DNA of 64,000 bases from the human T2T-CHM13v2.0 reference genome, Homo sapiens, in NCBI RefSeq assembly GCF_009914755.1, contig NC_060943.1. The stretch is one strand, 5' to 3'. The position numbers and the translations under genes were made by a program. Below are positions 42,101 to 56,500 of the stretch, in pieces; position 1 is the first letter of the stretch, and every line of letters starts with the position of its first letter. The notes below the pieces were generated by a model, which saw only the letters and a list, made by a program, of their open reading frames with translations, had not been told where the DNA came from and ran no database searches.

Positions 42101-45100
42101 TGCAAGTGGATATTCAGACTTCTTTGAGGCCTTCGTTGGAAGCGGGATTTCTTCATATTCTGCCTGACAGAAGAATTCTCAGTAACTTCCTTGTGTTGTG
42201 TGTATTCAACTCACAGAGTTGAACGATCCTTTACACAGAGCAGACTTGAAACACTCTTTTTGTGGAATTTGCAAGTGGAGATTTCAGCCGCTTTGAGGTC
42301 AATGGTAGAATAGGAAATATCTTCCTATAGAAACTAGACAGAATGATTCTCAGAAACTCCTTTGTGATGTGTGCGTTCAACTCACAGAGTTTAACCTTTC
42401 TTTTCATAGAGCAGTTAGGAAACACTCTGTTTGTAAAGTCTGCAAGTGGATATTCAGACATCCTTGAGGCTTTCGTTGGAAACGGGATTTCTTCATATTC
42501 TGCTAGAAAGAAGAATTCTCAGTAACTTCCTTGTGTTGTGTGTATTCAACTCACAGAGTTGAACGATCCTTTACACAGAGCAGACTTGAAACACTCTTTT
42601 TGCGGAATTTGCAAGTGGAGATTTCAGCCGCTTTGAGGTCAATGGTAGAATAGGAAATATCTTCCTATAGAAACTAGACAGAATGATTCTCAGAAACTCC
42701 TTTGTGATGTGTGCGTTCAACTCACAGAGTTTAACCTTTCTTTTCATAGAGCAGTTGGGAAACACTCTGTTTGTAAAGTCTGCAAGTGGATATTCAGACA
42801 TCCTTGAGGCTTTCGTTGGAAACGGGATTTCTTCATATTCTGCTAGAAAGAAGAATTCTCAGTAACTTCCTTGTGTTGTGTGTATTCAACTCACAGAGTT
42901 GAACGATCCTTTACACAGAGCAGACTTGAAACACTCTTTTTGCGGAATTTGCAAGTGGAGATTTCAGCCGCTTTGAGGTCAATGGTAGAATAGGAAATAT
43001 CTTCCTATAGAAACTAGACAGAATGATTCTCAGAAACTCCTTTGTGATGTGTGCGTTCAACTCACACAGTTTAACCTTTCTTTTCATAGAGCAGTTAGGA
43101 AACACTCTGTTTGTAAAGTCTGCAAGTGGATATTCAGACCTCCTTGAGGCCTTCGTTGGAAACGGGATTTCTTCATATTATGCTAGACAGAAGAATTCTC
43201 AGTAACTTCCTTGTGTTGTGTGTATTCAACTCACAGAGTTGAACGATCCTTTACACAGAGCAGACTTGAAACACTCTTTTTGTGGAATTTGCAAGTGGAG
43301 ATTTCAGCCGCTTTGAGTTCAATGGTAGAATAGGAAATATCTTCCTATAGAAACTAGACAGAATGATTCTCAGAAACTCCTTTGTGATGTGTGCGTTCAA
43401 CTCACAGAGTTCAACCTTTCTTTTCATAGAGCAGTTGGGAAACACTCTGTTTGTAAAGTCTGCAAGTGGATATTCAGACTTCTTTGAGGCCTTCGTTGGA
43501 AGCGGGATTTCTTCATGTTCTGCTAGACGGAAGAATTCTCAGTAACTTCCTTGTGTTGTGTGTATTCAACTCAGAGAGTTGAACGATCCTTTACACAGAG
43601 CAGACTTGAAACACTCTTTTTGTGGAATTTGCAAGTGGAGATTTCAGCCGCTTTGAGGTCAATGGTAGAATAGGAAATATCTTCCTATAGAAACTAGACA
43701 GAATGATTCTCAGAAACTCCTTTGTGATGTGTGCGTTCAACTCACAGAGTTTAACCTTTCTTTTCATAGAGCAGTTAGGAAACACTCTGTTTGTAAAGTC
43801 TGCAAGTGGATATTCAGACATCCTTGAGGCTTTCGTTGGAAACGGGATTTCTTCATATTCTGCTAGAAAGAAGAATTCTCAGTAACTTCCTTGTGTTGTG
43901 TGTATTCAACTCACAGAGTTGAACGATCCTTTACACAGAGCAGACTTGAAACACTCTTTTTGTGGAATTTGCAAGTGGAGATTTCAGCCGCTTTGAGGTC
44001 AATGGTAGAATAGGAAATATCTTCCTATAGAAACTAGACAGAATGATTCTCAGAAACTCCTTTGTGATGTGTGCGTTCAACTCACAGAGTTCAACCTTTC
44101 TTTTCATAGAGCAGTTGGGAAACACTCTGTTTGTAAAGTCTGCAAGTGGATATTCAGACCTCCTTGAGGCCTTCGTTGGCAACGGGATTTCTTCATATTA
44201 TGCTAGACAGAAGAATTCTCAGTAACTTCCTTGTGTTGTGTGTATTCAACTCACAGAGTTGAACGATCCTTTACACAGAGCAGACTTGAAACACTCTTTT
44301 TGTGGAATTTGCAAGTGGAGATTTCAGCCGCTTTGAGGTCAATGGTAGAATAGGAAATATCTTCCTATAGAAACTAGACAGAATGATTCTCAGAAACTCC
44401 TTTGTGATGTGTGCGTTCAACTCACAGAGTTCAACCTTTCTTTTCATAGAGCAGTTGGGAAACACTCTGTTTGTAAAGTCTGCAAGTGGATATTCAGACT
44501 TCTTTGAGGCCTTCGTTGGAAGCGGGATTTCTTCATGTTCTGCTAGACAGAAGAATTCTCAGAAACTTCCTTGTGTTGTGTGTTTTCAACTCACAGAGTT
44601 GAACGATCCTTTACACAGAGCAGACTTGAAACACTCTTTTTGTGGAATTTGCAAGTGGAGATTTCAGCCGCTTTGAGGTCAATGGTAGAATAGGAAATAT
44701 CTTCCTATAGAAACTAGACAGAATGATTCTCAGAAACTCCTTTGTGATGTGTGCGTTCAACTCACAGAGTTTAACCTTTCTTTTAATAGAGCAGTTAGGA
44801 AACACTCTGTTTGTAAAGTCTGCAAGTAGATATTCAGACATCTTTGAGGCCTTCGTTGGAAACGGGATTTCTTCATGTTCTGCTAGAAAGAAGAATTCTC
44901 AGTAACTTCCTTGTGTTGTGTGTATTCAACTCACAGAGTTGAACGATCCTTTACACAGAGCAGACTTGAAACACTCTTTTTGTGGAATTTGCAAGTGGAG
45001 ATTTCAGTCGCTTTGAGGTCAATGGTAGAATAGGAAATATCTTCCTATAGAAACTAGACAGAATGATTCTCAGAAACTCCTTTGTGATGTGTGCGTTCAA

Positions 45101-48100
45101 CTCACAGAGTTCAACCTTTCTTTTCATAGAGCAGTTGGGAAACACTCTGTTTGTAAAGTCTGCAAGTGGATATTCAGACTTCTTTGAGGCCTTCGTTGGA
45201 AGCGGGATTTCTTCATATTCTGCTAGACAGAAGAATTCTCAGTAACTGCCTTGTGTTGTGTGTATTCAACTCACAGAGTTGAACGATCCTTTACACAGAG
45301 CAGACTTGAAACACTCTTTTTGTGGAATTTGCAAGTGGAGATTTCAGCCGCTTTGAGGTCAATGGTAGAATAGGAAATATCTTCCTATAGAAACTAGACA
45401 GAATGATTCTCAGAAACTCCTTTGTGATGTGTGCGTTCAACTCACAGAGTTTACCCTTTCTTTTCATAGAGCAGTTGGGAAACACTCTGTTTGTAAAGTC
45501 TGCAAGTGGATATTCAGACCTCCTTGAGGCTTTCGTTGGAAACGGGATTTCTTCATATTCTGCTAGAAAGAAGAATTCTCAGTAACTTCCTTGTGTTGTG
45601 TGTATTCAACTCACAGAGTTGAACGATCCTTTACACAGAGCAGACTTGAAACACTCTTTTTGTGGAATTTGCAAGTGGAGATTTCAGCCGCTTTGAGGTC
45701 AATGGTAGAATAGGAAATATCTTCCTATAGAAACTAGACAGAATGATTCTGAGAAACTCCTTTGTGATGTGTGCGTTCAACTCACACAGTTTAACCTTTC
45801 TTTTCATAGAGCAGTTAGGAAACACTCTGTTTGTAAAGTCTGCAAGTGGATATTCAGACCTCCTTGAGGCTTTCGTTGGAAACGGGATTTCTTCATATTC
45901 TGCTAGAAAGAAGAATTCTCAGTAACTTCCTTGTGTTGTGTGTATTCAACTCACAGAGTTGAACGATCCTTTACACAGAGCAGACTTGAAACACTCTTTT
46001 TGTGGAATTTGCAAGTGGAGATTTCAGCCGCTTTGAGGTCAATGGTAGAATAGGAAATATCTTCCTATAGAAACTAGACAGAATGATTCTCAGAAACTCC
46101 TTTGTGATGTGTGCGTTCAACTCACAGAGTTTAACCTTTCTTTTCATAGAGCAGTTAGGAAACACTCTGTTTGTAAAGTCTGCAAGTGGATATTCAGACA
46201 TCCTTGAGGCTTTCGTTGGAAACGGGATTTCTTCATATTCTGCTAGAAAGAAGAATTCTCAGTAACTTCCTTGTGTTGTGTGTATTCAACTCACAGAGTT
46301 GAACGATCCTTTACACAGAGCAGACTTGAAACACTCTTTTTGTGGAATTTGCAAGTGGAGATTTCAGCCGCTTTGAGGTCAATGGTAGAATAGGAAATAT
46401 CTTCCTATAGAAACTAGACAGAATGATTCTCAGAAACTCCTTTGTGATGTGTGCGTTCAACTCACAGAGTTCAACCTTTCTTTTCATAGAGCAGTTGGGA
46501 AACACTCTGTTTGTAAAGTCTGCAAGTGGATATTCAGACTTCTTTGAGGCCTTCGTTGGAAGCGGGATTTCTTCATATTCTGCTAGACAGAAGAATTCTC
46601 AGTAACTGCCTTGTGTTGTGTGTATTCAACTCACAGAGTTGAACGATCCTTTACACAGAGCAGACTTGAAACACTCTTTTTGTGGAATTTGCAAGTGGAG
46701 AGTTCAGCCGCTTTGAGGTCAATGGTAGAATAGGAAATATCTTCCTATAGAAACTAGACAGAATGATTCTCAGAAACTCCTTTGTGATGTGTGCGTTCAA
46801 CTCACAGAGTTTACCCTTTCTTTTCATAGAGCAGTTGGGAAACACTCTGTTTGTAAAGTCTGCAAGTGGATATTCAGACCTCCTTGAGGCTTTCGTTGGA
46901 AACGGGATTTCTTCATATTCTGCTAGAAAGAAGAATTCTCAGTAACTTCCTTGTGTTGTGTGTATTCAACTCACAGAGTTGAACGATCCTTTACACAGAG
47001 CAGACTTGAAACACTCTTTTTGTGGAATTTGCAAGTGGAGATTTCAGCCGCTTTGAGGTCAATGGTAGAATAGGAAATATCTTCCTATAGAAACTAGACA
47101 GAATGATTCTGAGAAACTCCTTTGTGATGTGTGCGTTCAACTCACACAGTTTAACCTTTCTTTTCATAGAGCAGTTAGGAAACACTCTGTTTGTAAAGTC
47201 TGCAAGTGGATATTCAGACCTCCTTGAGGCCTTCGTTGGAAACGGGATTTCTTCATATTCTGCTAGACAGAAGAATTCTCAGTAACTTCCTTGTGTTGTG
47301 TGTATTCAACTCACAGAGTTGAACGATCCTTTACACAGAGCAGACTTGAAACACTCTTTTTGTGGAATTTGCAAGTGGAGATTTCAGCCGCTTTGAGGTC
47401 AATGGTAGAATAGGAAATATCTTCCTATAGAAACTAGACAGAATGATTCTCAGAAACTCCTTTGTGATGTGTGCGTTCAACTCACAGAGTTCAACCTTTC
47501 TTTTCATAGAGCAGTTGGGAAACACTCTGTTTGTAAAGTCTGCAAGTGGATATTCAGACTTCTTTGAGGCCTTCGTTGGAAGCGGGATTTCTTCATGTTC
47601 TGCTAGACAGAAGAATTCTCAGAAACTTCCTTGTGTTGTGTGTTTTCAACTCACAGAGTTGAACGATCCTTTACACAGAGCAGACTTGAAACACTCTTTT
47701 TGTGGAATTTGCAAGTGGAGATTTCAGCCGCTTTGAGGTCAATGGTAGAATAGGAAATATCTTCCTATAGAAACTAGACAGAATGATTCTCAGAAACTCC
47801 TTTGTGATGTGTGCGTTCAACTCACAGAGTTTAACCTTTCTTTTAATAGAGCAGTTAGGAAACACTCTGTTTGTAAAGTCTGCAAGTAGATATTCAGACA
47901 TCTTTGAGGCCTTCGTTGGAAACGGGATTTCTTCATGTTCTGCTAGAAAGAAGAATTCTCAGTAACTTCCTTGTGTTGTGTGTATTCAACTCACAGAGTT
48001 GAACGATCCTTTACACAGAGCAGACTTGAAACACTCTTTTTGTGGAATTTGCAAGTGGAGATTTCAGCCGCTTTGAGGTCAATGGTAGAATAGGAAATAT

Positions 48101-51100
48101 CTTCCTATAGAAACTAGATAGAATGATTCTCAGAAACTCCTTTGTGATGTGTGCGTTCAACTCACAGAGTTCAACCTTTCTTTTCATAGAGCAGTTGGGA
48201 AACACTCTGTTTGTAAAGTCTGCAAGTGGATATTCAGACTTCTTTGAGGCCTTCGTTGGAAGCGGGATTTCTTCATATTCTGCTAGACAGAAGAATTCTC
48301 AGTAACTGCCTTGTGTTGTGTGTATTCAACTCACAGAGTTGAATGATCCTTTACACAGAGCAGACTTGAAACACTCTTTTTGTGGAATTTGCAAGTGGAG
48401 ATTTCAGCCGCTTTGAGGTCAATGGTAGAATAGGAAATATCTTCCTATAGAAACTAGACAGAATGATTCTCAGAAACTCCTTTGTGATGTGTGCGTTGAA
48501 CTCACAGAGTTTACCCTTTCTTTTCATAGAGCAGTTGGGAAACACTCTGTTTGTAAAGTCTGCAAGTGGATATTCAGACCTCCTTGAGGCTTTCGTTGGA
48601 AACGGGATTTCTTCATATTCTGCTAGAAAGAAGAATTCTCAGTAACTTCCTTGTGTTGTGTGTATTCAACTCACAGAGTTGAACGATCCTTTACACAGAG
48701 CAGACTTGAAACACTCTTTTTGTGGAATTTGCAAGTGGAGATTTCAGCCGCTTTGAGGTCAATGGTAGAATAGGAAATATCTTCCTATAGAAACTAGACA
48801 GAATGATTCTGAGAAACTCCTTTGTGATGTGTGCGTTCAACTCACACAGTTTAACCTTTCTTTTCATAGAGCAGTTAGGAAACACTCTGTTTGTAAAGTC
48901 TGCAAGTGGATATTCAGACCTCCTTGAGGCCTTCGTTGGAAACGGGATTTCTTCATATTATGCTAGACAGAAGAATTCTCAGTAACTTCCTTGTGTTGTG
49001 TGTATTCAACTCACAGAGTTGAACGATCCTTTACACAGAGCAGACTTGAAACACTCTTTTTGTGGAATTTGCAAGTGGAGATTTCAGCCGCTTTGAGTTC
49101 AATGGTAGAATAGGAAATATCTTCCTATAGAAACTAGACAGAATGATTCTCAGAAACTCCTTTGTGATGTGTGCGTTCAACTCACAGAGTTCAACCTTTC
49201 TTTTCATAGAGCAGTTGGCAAACACTCTGTTTGTAAAGTCTGCAAGTGGATATTCAGACTTCTTTGAGGCCTTCGTTGGAAGCGGGATTTCTTCATGTTC
49301 TGCTAGACAGAAGAATTCTCAGAAACTTCCTTGTGTTGTGTGTTTTCAACTCACAGAGTTGAACGATCCTTTACACAGAGCAGACTTGAAACACTCTTTT
49401 TGTGGAATTTGCAAGTGGAGATTTCAGCCGCTTTGAGGTCAATGGTAGAATAGGAAATATCTTCCTATAGAAACTAGACAGAATGATTCTCAGAAACTCC
49501 TTTGTGATGTGTGCGTTCAACTCACAGAGTTTAACCTTTCTTTTAATAGAGCAGTTAGGAAACACTTTGTTTGTAAAGTCTGCAAGTAGATATTCAGACA
49601 TCTTTGAGGCCTTCGTTGGAAACGGGATTTCTTCATGTTCTGCTAGAAAGAAGAATTCTCAGTAACTTCCTTGTGTTGTGTGTATTCAACTCACAGAGTT
49701 GAACGATCCTTTACACAGAGCAGACTTGAAACACTCTTTTTGTGGAATTTGCAAGTGGAGATTTCAGCCGCTTTGAGGTCAATGGTAGAATAGGAAATAT
49801 CTTCCTATAGAAACTAGACAGAATGATTCTCAGAAACTCCTTTGTGATGTGTGCGTTCAACTCACAGAGTTTAACCTTTCTTTTCATAGAGCAGTTAGGA
49901 AACACTCTGTTTGTAAAGTCTGCAAGTGGATATTCAGACCTCCTTGAGGCCTTCGTTGGAAACGGGATTTCTTCATATTATGCTAGACAGAAGAATTCTC
50001 AGTAACTTCCTTGTGTTGTGTGTATTCAACTCACAGAGTTGAACGATCCTTTACACAGAGCAGACTTGAAACACTCTTTTTGTGGAATTTGCAAGTGGAG
50101 ATTTCAGCCGCTTTGAGTTCAATGGTAGAATAGGAAATATCTTCCTATAGAAACTAGACAGAATGATTCTCAGAAACTCCTTTGTGATGTGTGCGTTCAA
50201 CTCACAGAGTTCAACCTTTCTTTTAATAGAGCAGTTGGGAAACACTCTGTTTGTAAAGTCTGCAAGTGGATATTCAGACTTCTTTGAGGCCTTCGTTGGA
50301 AGCGGGATTTCTTCATATTCTGCTAGACAGAAGAATTCTCACTAACTTCCTTGTGTTGTGTGTATTCAACTCACAGAGTTGAACGATCCTTTACACAGAG
50401 CAGACATGAAACACTCTTTTTGTGGAATTTGCAAGTGGAGATTTCAGCCGCTTTGAGGTCAATGGTAGAATAGGAAATATCTTCCTATAGAAACTAGACA
50501 GAATGATTCTCAGAAACTCCTTTGTGATGTGTGCGTTCAACTCACAGAGTTTAACCTTTCTTTTCATAGAGCAGTTGGGAAACACTCTGTTTGTAAAGTC
50601 TGCAAGTGGATATTCAGACATCCTTGAGGCTTTCGTTGGAAACGGGATTTCTTCATATTCTGCTAGAAAGAAGAATTCTCAGTAACTTCCTTGTGTTGTG
50701 TGTATTCAACTCACAGAGTTGAACGATCCTTTACACAGAGCAGACTTGAAACACTCTTTTTGCGGAATTTGCAAGTGGAGATTTCAGCCGCTTTGAGGTC
50801 AATGGTAGAATAGGAAATATCTTCCTATAGAAACTAGACAGAATGATTCTCAGAAACTCCTTTGTGATGTGTGCGTTCAACTCACAGAGTTTAACCTTTC
50901 TTTTCATAGCGCAGTTGGGAAACACTCTGTTTGTAAAGTCTGCAAGTGGATATTCAGACATCCTTGAGGCTTTCGTTGGAAAAGGGATTTCTTCATATTC
51001 TGCTAGAAAGAAGAATTCTCAGTAACTTCCTTGTGTTGTGTGTATTCAACTCACAGAGTTGAACGATCCTTTACACAGAGCAGACTTGAAACACTCTTTT

Positions 51101-53550
51101 TGTGGAATTTGCAAGTGGAGATTTCAGCCGCTTTGAGTTCAATGGTAGAATAGGAAATATCTTCCTATAGAAACTAGACAGAATGATTCTCAGAAACTCC
51201 TTTGTGATGTGTGCGTTCAACTCACAGAGTTTAACCTTTCTTTTCATAGAGCAGTTGGGAAACACTCTGTTTGTAAAGTCTGCAAGTGGATATTCAGACA
51301 TCCTTGAGGCTTTCGTTGGAAACGGGATTTCTTCATATTCTGCTAGAAGGAAGAATTCTCAGTAACTTCCTTGTGTTGTGTGTATTCAACTCACAGAGTT
51401 GAACGATCCTTTACACAGAGCAGACTTGAAACACTCTTTTTGTGGAATTTGCAAGTGGAGATTTCAGCCGCTTTGAGTTCAATGGTAGAATAGGAAATAT
51501 CTTCCTATAGAAACTAGACAGAATGATTCTCAGAAACTCCTTTGTGATGTGTGCGTTCAACTCACAGAGTTCAACCTTTCTTTTAATAGAGCAGTTGGGA
51601 AACACTCTGTTTGTAAAGTCTGCAAGTGGATATTCAGACTTCTTTGAGGCCTTCGTTGGAAGCGGGATTTCTTCATATTCTGCTAGACAGAAGAATTCTC
51701 AGTAACTTCCTTGTGTTGTGTGTATTCAACTCACAGAGTTGAACGATCCTTTACACAGAGCAGACTTGAAACACTCTTTTTGTGGAATTTGCAAGTGGAG
51801 ATTTCAGCCGCTTTGAGGTCAATGGTAGAATAGGAAATATCTTCCTATAGAAACTAGACAGAATGATTCTCAGAAACTCCTTTGTGATGTGTGCGTTCAA
51901 CTCACAGAGTTTAACCTTTCTTTTCATAGAGCAGTTAGGAAACACTCTGTTTGTAAAGTCTGCAAGGGGATATTCAGACATCCTTGAGGCTTTCGTTGGA
52001 AACGGGATTTCTTCATATTCTGCTAGAAAGAAGAATTCTCAGTAACTTCCTTGTGTTGTGTGTATTCAACTCACAGAGTTGAACGATCCTTTACACAGAG
52101 CAGACTTGAAACACTCTTTTTGTGGAATTTGCAAGTGGAGATTTCAGCCGCTTTGAGGTCAATGGTAGAATAGGAAATATCTTCCTATAGAAACTAGACA
52201 GAATGATTCTCAGAAACTCCTTTGTGATGTGTGCGTTCAACTCACAGAGTTTAACCTTTCTTTTCATAGAGCAGTTGGGAAACACTCTGTTTGTAAAGTC
52301 TGCAAGTGGATATTCAGACATCCTTGAGGCTTTCGTTGGAAACGGGATTTCTTCATATTCTGCTAGAAAGAAGAATTCTCAGTAACTTCCTTGTGTTGTG
52401 TGTATTCAACTCACAGAGTTGAACGATCCTTTACACAGAGCAGACTTGAAACACTCTTTTTGCGGAATTTGCAAGTGGAGATTTCAGCCGCTTTGAGGTC
52501 AATGGTAGAATAGGAAATATCTTCCTATAGAAACTAGACAGAATGATTCTCAGAAACTCCTTTGTGATGTGTGCGTTCAACTCACACAGTTTAACCTTTC
52601 TTTTCATAGAGCAGTTAGGAAACACTCTGTTTGTAAAGTCTGCAAGTGGATATTCAGACCTCCTTGAGGCCTTCGTTGGAAACGGGATTTCTTCATATTA
52701 TGCTAGACAGAAGAATTCTCAGTAACTTCCTTGTGTTGTGTGTATTCAACTCACAGAGTTGAACGATCCTTTACACAGAGCAGACTTGAAACACTCTTTT
52801 TGTGGAATTTGCAAGTGGAGATTTCAGCCGCTTTGAGTTCAATGGTAGAATAGGAAATATCTTCCTATAGAAACTAGACAGAATGATTCTCAGAAACTCC
52901 TTTGTGATGTGTGCGTTCAACTCACAGAGTTCAACCTTTCTTTTCATAGAGCAGTTGGGAAACACTCTGTTTGTAAAGTCTGCAAGTGGATATTCAGACT
53001 TCTTTGAGGCCTTCGTTGGAAGCGGGATTTCTTCATGTTCTGCTAGACAGAAGAATTCTCAGTAACTTCCTTGTGTTGTGTGTATTCAACTCAGAGAGTT
53101 GAACGATCCTTTACACAGAGCAGACTTGAAACACTCTTTTTGTGGAATTTGCAAGTGGAGATTTCAGCCGCTTTGAGGTCAATGGTAGAATAGGAAATAT
53201 CTTCCTATAGAAACTAGACAGAATGATTCTCAGAAACTCCTTTGTGATGTGTGCGTTCAACTCACAGAGTTTAACCTTTCTTTTCATAGAGCAGTTAGGA
53301 AACACTCTGTTTGTAAAGTCTGCAAGTGGATATTCAGACATCCTTGAGGCTTTCGTTGGAAACGGGATTTCTTCATATTCTGCTAGAAAGAAGAATTCTC
53401 AGTAACTTCCTTGTGTTGTGTGTATTCAACTCACAGAGTTGAACGATCCTTTACACAGAGCAGACTTGAAACACTCTTTTTGTGGAATTTGCAAGTGGAG
53501 ATTTCAGCCGCTTTGAGGTCAATGGTAGAATAGGAAATATCTTCCTATAG
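38450..53550 (+). repeat. Non-adjacent duplication of 16 dimers (about 5.5 kb) at 9520-bp offset: about 38.5-44.0 kb versus 48.0-53.5 kb
   Basis: CAGACATGAA at 40881/50401. Sixteen consecutive dimer types match from ORF starts 38603/48123 to 43703/53223. Confidence 0.85.
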
Positions 53551-56500
53551 AAACTAGACAGAATGATTCTCAGAAACTCCTTTGTGATGTGTGCGTTCAA
53601 CTCACAGAGTTTAACCTTTCTTTTCATAGCGCAGTTGGGAAACACTCTGTTTGTAAAGTCTGCAAGTGGATATTCAGACATCCTTGAGGCTTTCGTTGGA
53701 AACGGGATTTCTTCATATTCTGCTAGAAAGAAGAATTCTCAGTAACTTCCTTGTGTTGTGTGTATTCAACTCACAGAGTTGAACGATCCTTTACACAGAG
53801 CAGACTTGAAACACTCTTTTTGTGGAATTTGCAAGTGGAGATTTCAGCCGCTTTGAGTTCAATGGTAGAATAGGAAATATCTTCCTATAGAAACTAGACA
53901 GAATGATTCTCAGAAACTCCTTTGTGATGTGTGCGTTCAACTCACAGAGTTTAACCTTTCTTTTCATAGAGCAGTTGGGAAACACTCTGTTTGTAAAGTC
54001 TGCAAGTGGATATTCAGACATCCTTGAGGCTTTCGTTGGAAACGGGATTTCTTCATATTCTGCTAGAAGGAAGAATTCTCAGTAACTTCCTTGTGTTGTG
54101 TGTATTCAACTCACAGAGTTGAACGATCCTTTACACAGAGCAGACTTGAAACACTCTTTTTGCGGAATTTGCAAGTGGAGATTTCAGCCGCTTTGAGGTC
54201 AATGGTAGAATAGGAAATATCTTCCTATAGAAACTAGACAGAATGATTCTCAGAAACTCCTTTGTGATGTGTGCGTTCAACTCACACAGTTTAACCTTTC
54301 TTTTCATAGAGCAGTTAGGAAACACTCTGTTTGTAAAGTCTGCAAGTGGATATTCAGACCTCCTTGAGGCCTTCGTTGGAAACGGGATTTCTTCATATTC
54401 TGCGAGAAAGAAGAATTCTCAGTAACTTCCTTGTGTTGTGTGTATTCAACTCACAGAGTTGAACGATCCTTTACACAGAGCAGACTTGAAACACTCTTTT
54501 TGTGGAATTTGCAAGTGGAGATTTCAGCCGCTTTGAGGTCAATGGTAGAATAGGAAATATCTTCCTATAGAAACTAGACAGAATGATTCTCAGAAACTCC
54601 TTTGTGATGTGTGCGTTCAACTCACAGAGTTTAACCTTTCTTTTCATAGAGCAGTTAGGAAACACTCTGTTTGTAAAGTCTGCAAGTGGATATTCAGACA
54701 TCCTTGAGGCTTTCGTTGGAAACGGGATTTCTTCATATTCTGCTAGAAAGAAGAATTCTCAGTAACTTCCTTGTGTTGTGTGTATTCAACTCACAGAGTT
54801 GAACGATCCTTTACACAGAGCAGACTTGAAACACTCTTTTTGTGGAATTTGCAAGTGGAGATTTCAGCCGCTTTGAGGTCAATGGTAGAATAGGAAATAT
54901 CTTCCTATAGAAACTAGACAGAATGATTCTCAGAAACTCCTTTGTGATGTGTGCGTTCAACTCACAGAGTTCAACCTTTCTTTTCATAGAGCAGTTGGGA
55001 AACACTCTGTTTGTAAAGTCTGCAAGTGGATATTCAGACTTCTTTGAGGCCTTCGTTGGAAGCGGGATTTCTTCATATTCTGCTAGACAGAAGAATTCTC
55101 AGTAACTGCCTTGTGTTGTGTGTATTCAACTCACAGAGTTGAACGATCCTTTACACAGAGCAGACTTGAAACACTCTTTTTGTGGAATTTGCAAGTGGAG
55201 ATTTCAGCCGCTTTGAGGTCAATGGTAGAATAGGAAATATCTTCCTATAGAAACTAGACAGAATGATTCTCAGAAACTCCTTTGTGATGTGTGCGTTCAA
55301 CTCACAGAGTTTACCCTTTCTTTTCATAGAGCAGTTGGGAAACACTCTGTTTGTAAAGTCTGCAAGTGGATATTCAGACCTCCTTGAGGCTTTCGTTGGA
55401 AACGGGATTTCTTCATATTCTGCTAGAAAGAAGAATTCTCAGTAACTTCCTTGTGTTGTGTGTATTCAACTCACAGAGTTGAACGATCCTTTACACAGAG
55501 CAGACTTGAAACACTCTTTTTGTGGAATTTGCAAGTGGAGATTTCAGCCGCTTTGAGGTCAATGGTAGAATAGGAAATATCTTCCTATAGAAACTAGACA
55601 GAATGATTCTGAGAAACTCCTTTGTGATGTGTGCGTTCAACTCACACAGTTTAACCTTTCTTTTCATAGAGCAGTTAGGAAACACTCTGTTTGTAAAGTC
55701 TGCAAGTGGATATTCAGACCTCCTTGAGGCCTTCGTTGGAAACGGGATTTCTTCATATTATGCTAGACAGAAGAATTCTCAGTAACTTCCTTGTGTTGTG
55801 TGTATTCAACTCGCAGAGTTGAACGATCCTTTACACAGAGCAGACTTGAAACACTCTTTTTGTGGAATTTGCAAGTGGAGATTTCAGCCGCTTTGAGGTC
55901 AATGGTAGAATAGGAAATATCTTCCTATAGAAACTAGACAGAATGATTCTCAGAAACTCCTTTGTGATGTGTGCGTTCAACTCACAGAGTTCAACCTTTC
56001 TTTTCATAGAGCAGTTGGGAAACACTCTGTTTGTAAAGTCTGCAAGTGGATATTCAGACTTCTTTGAGGCCTTCGTTGGAAGCGGGATTTCTTCATGTTC
56101 TGCTAGACAGAAGAATTCTCAGAAACTTCCTTGTGTTGTGTGTTTTCAACTCACAGAGTTGAACGATCCTTTACACAGAGCAGACTTGAAACACTCTTTT
56201 TGTGGAATTTGCAAGTGGAGATTTCAGCCGCTTTGAGGTCAATGGTAGAATAGGAAATATTTTCCTATAGAAACTAGACAGAATGATTCTCAGAAACTCC
56301 TTTGTGATGTGTGCGTTCAACTCACAGAGTTTAACCTTTCTTTTCATAGAGCAGTTAGGAAACACTCTGTTTGTAAAGTCTGCAAGTAGATATTCAGACA
56401 TCTTTGAGGCCTTCGTTGGAAACGGGATTTCTTCATGTTCTGCTAGAAAGAAAAATTCTCAGTAACTTCCTTGTGTTGTGTGTATTCAACTCACAGAGTT

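Noticed and set aside
12261-56458. Loss of the EcoRI site at about 12261 (CAATTC) and about 56453 (AAATTC)
   Set aside because: These are isolated point mutations that would only give occasional 680-bp fragments; they do not define a higher-order repeat.
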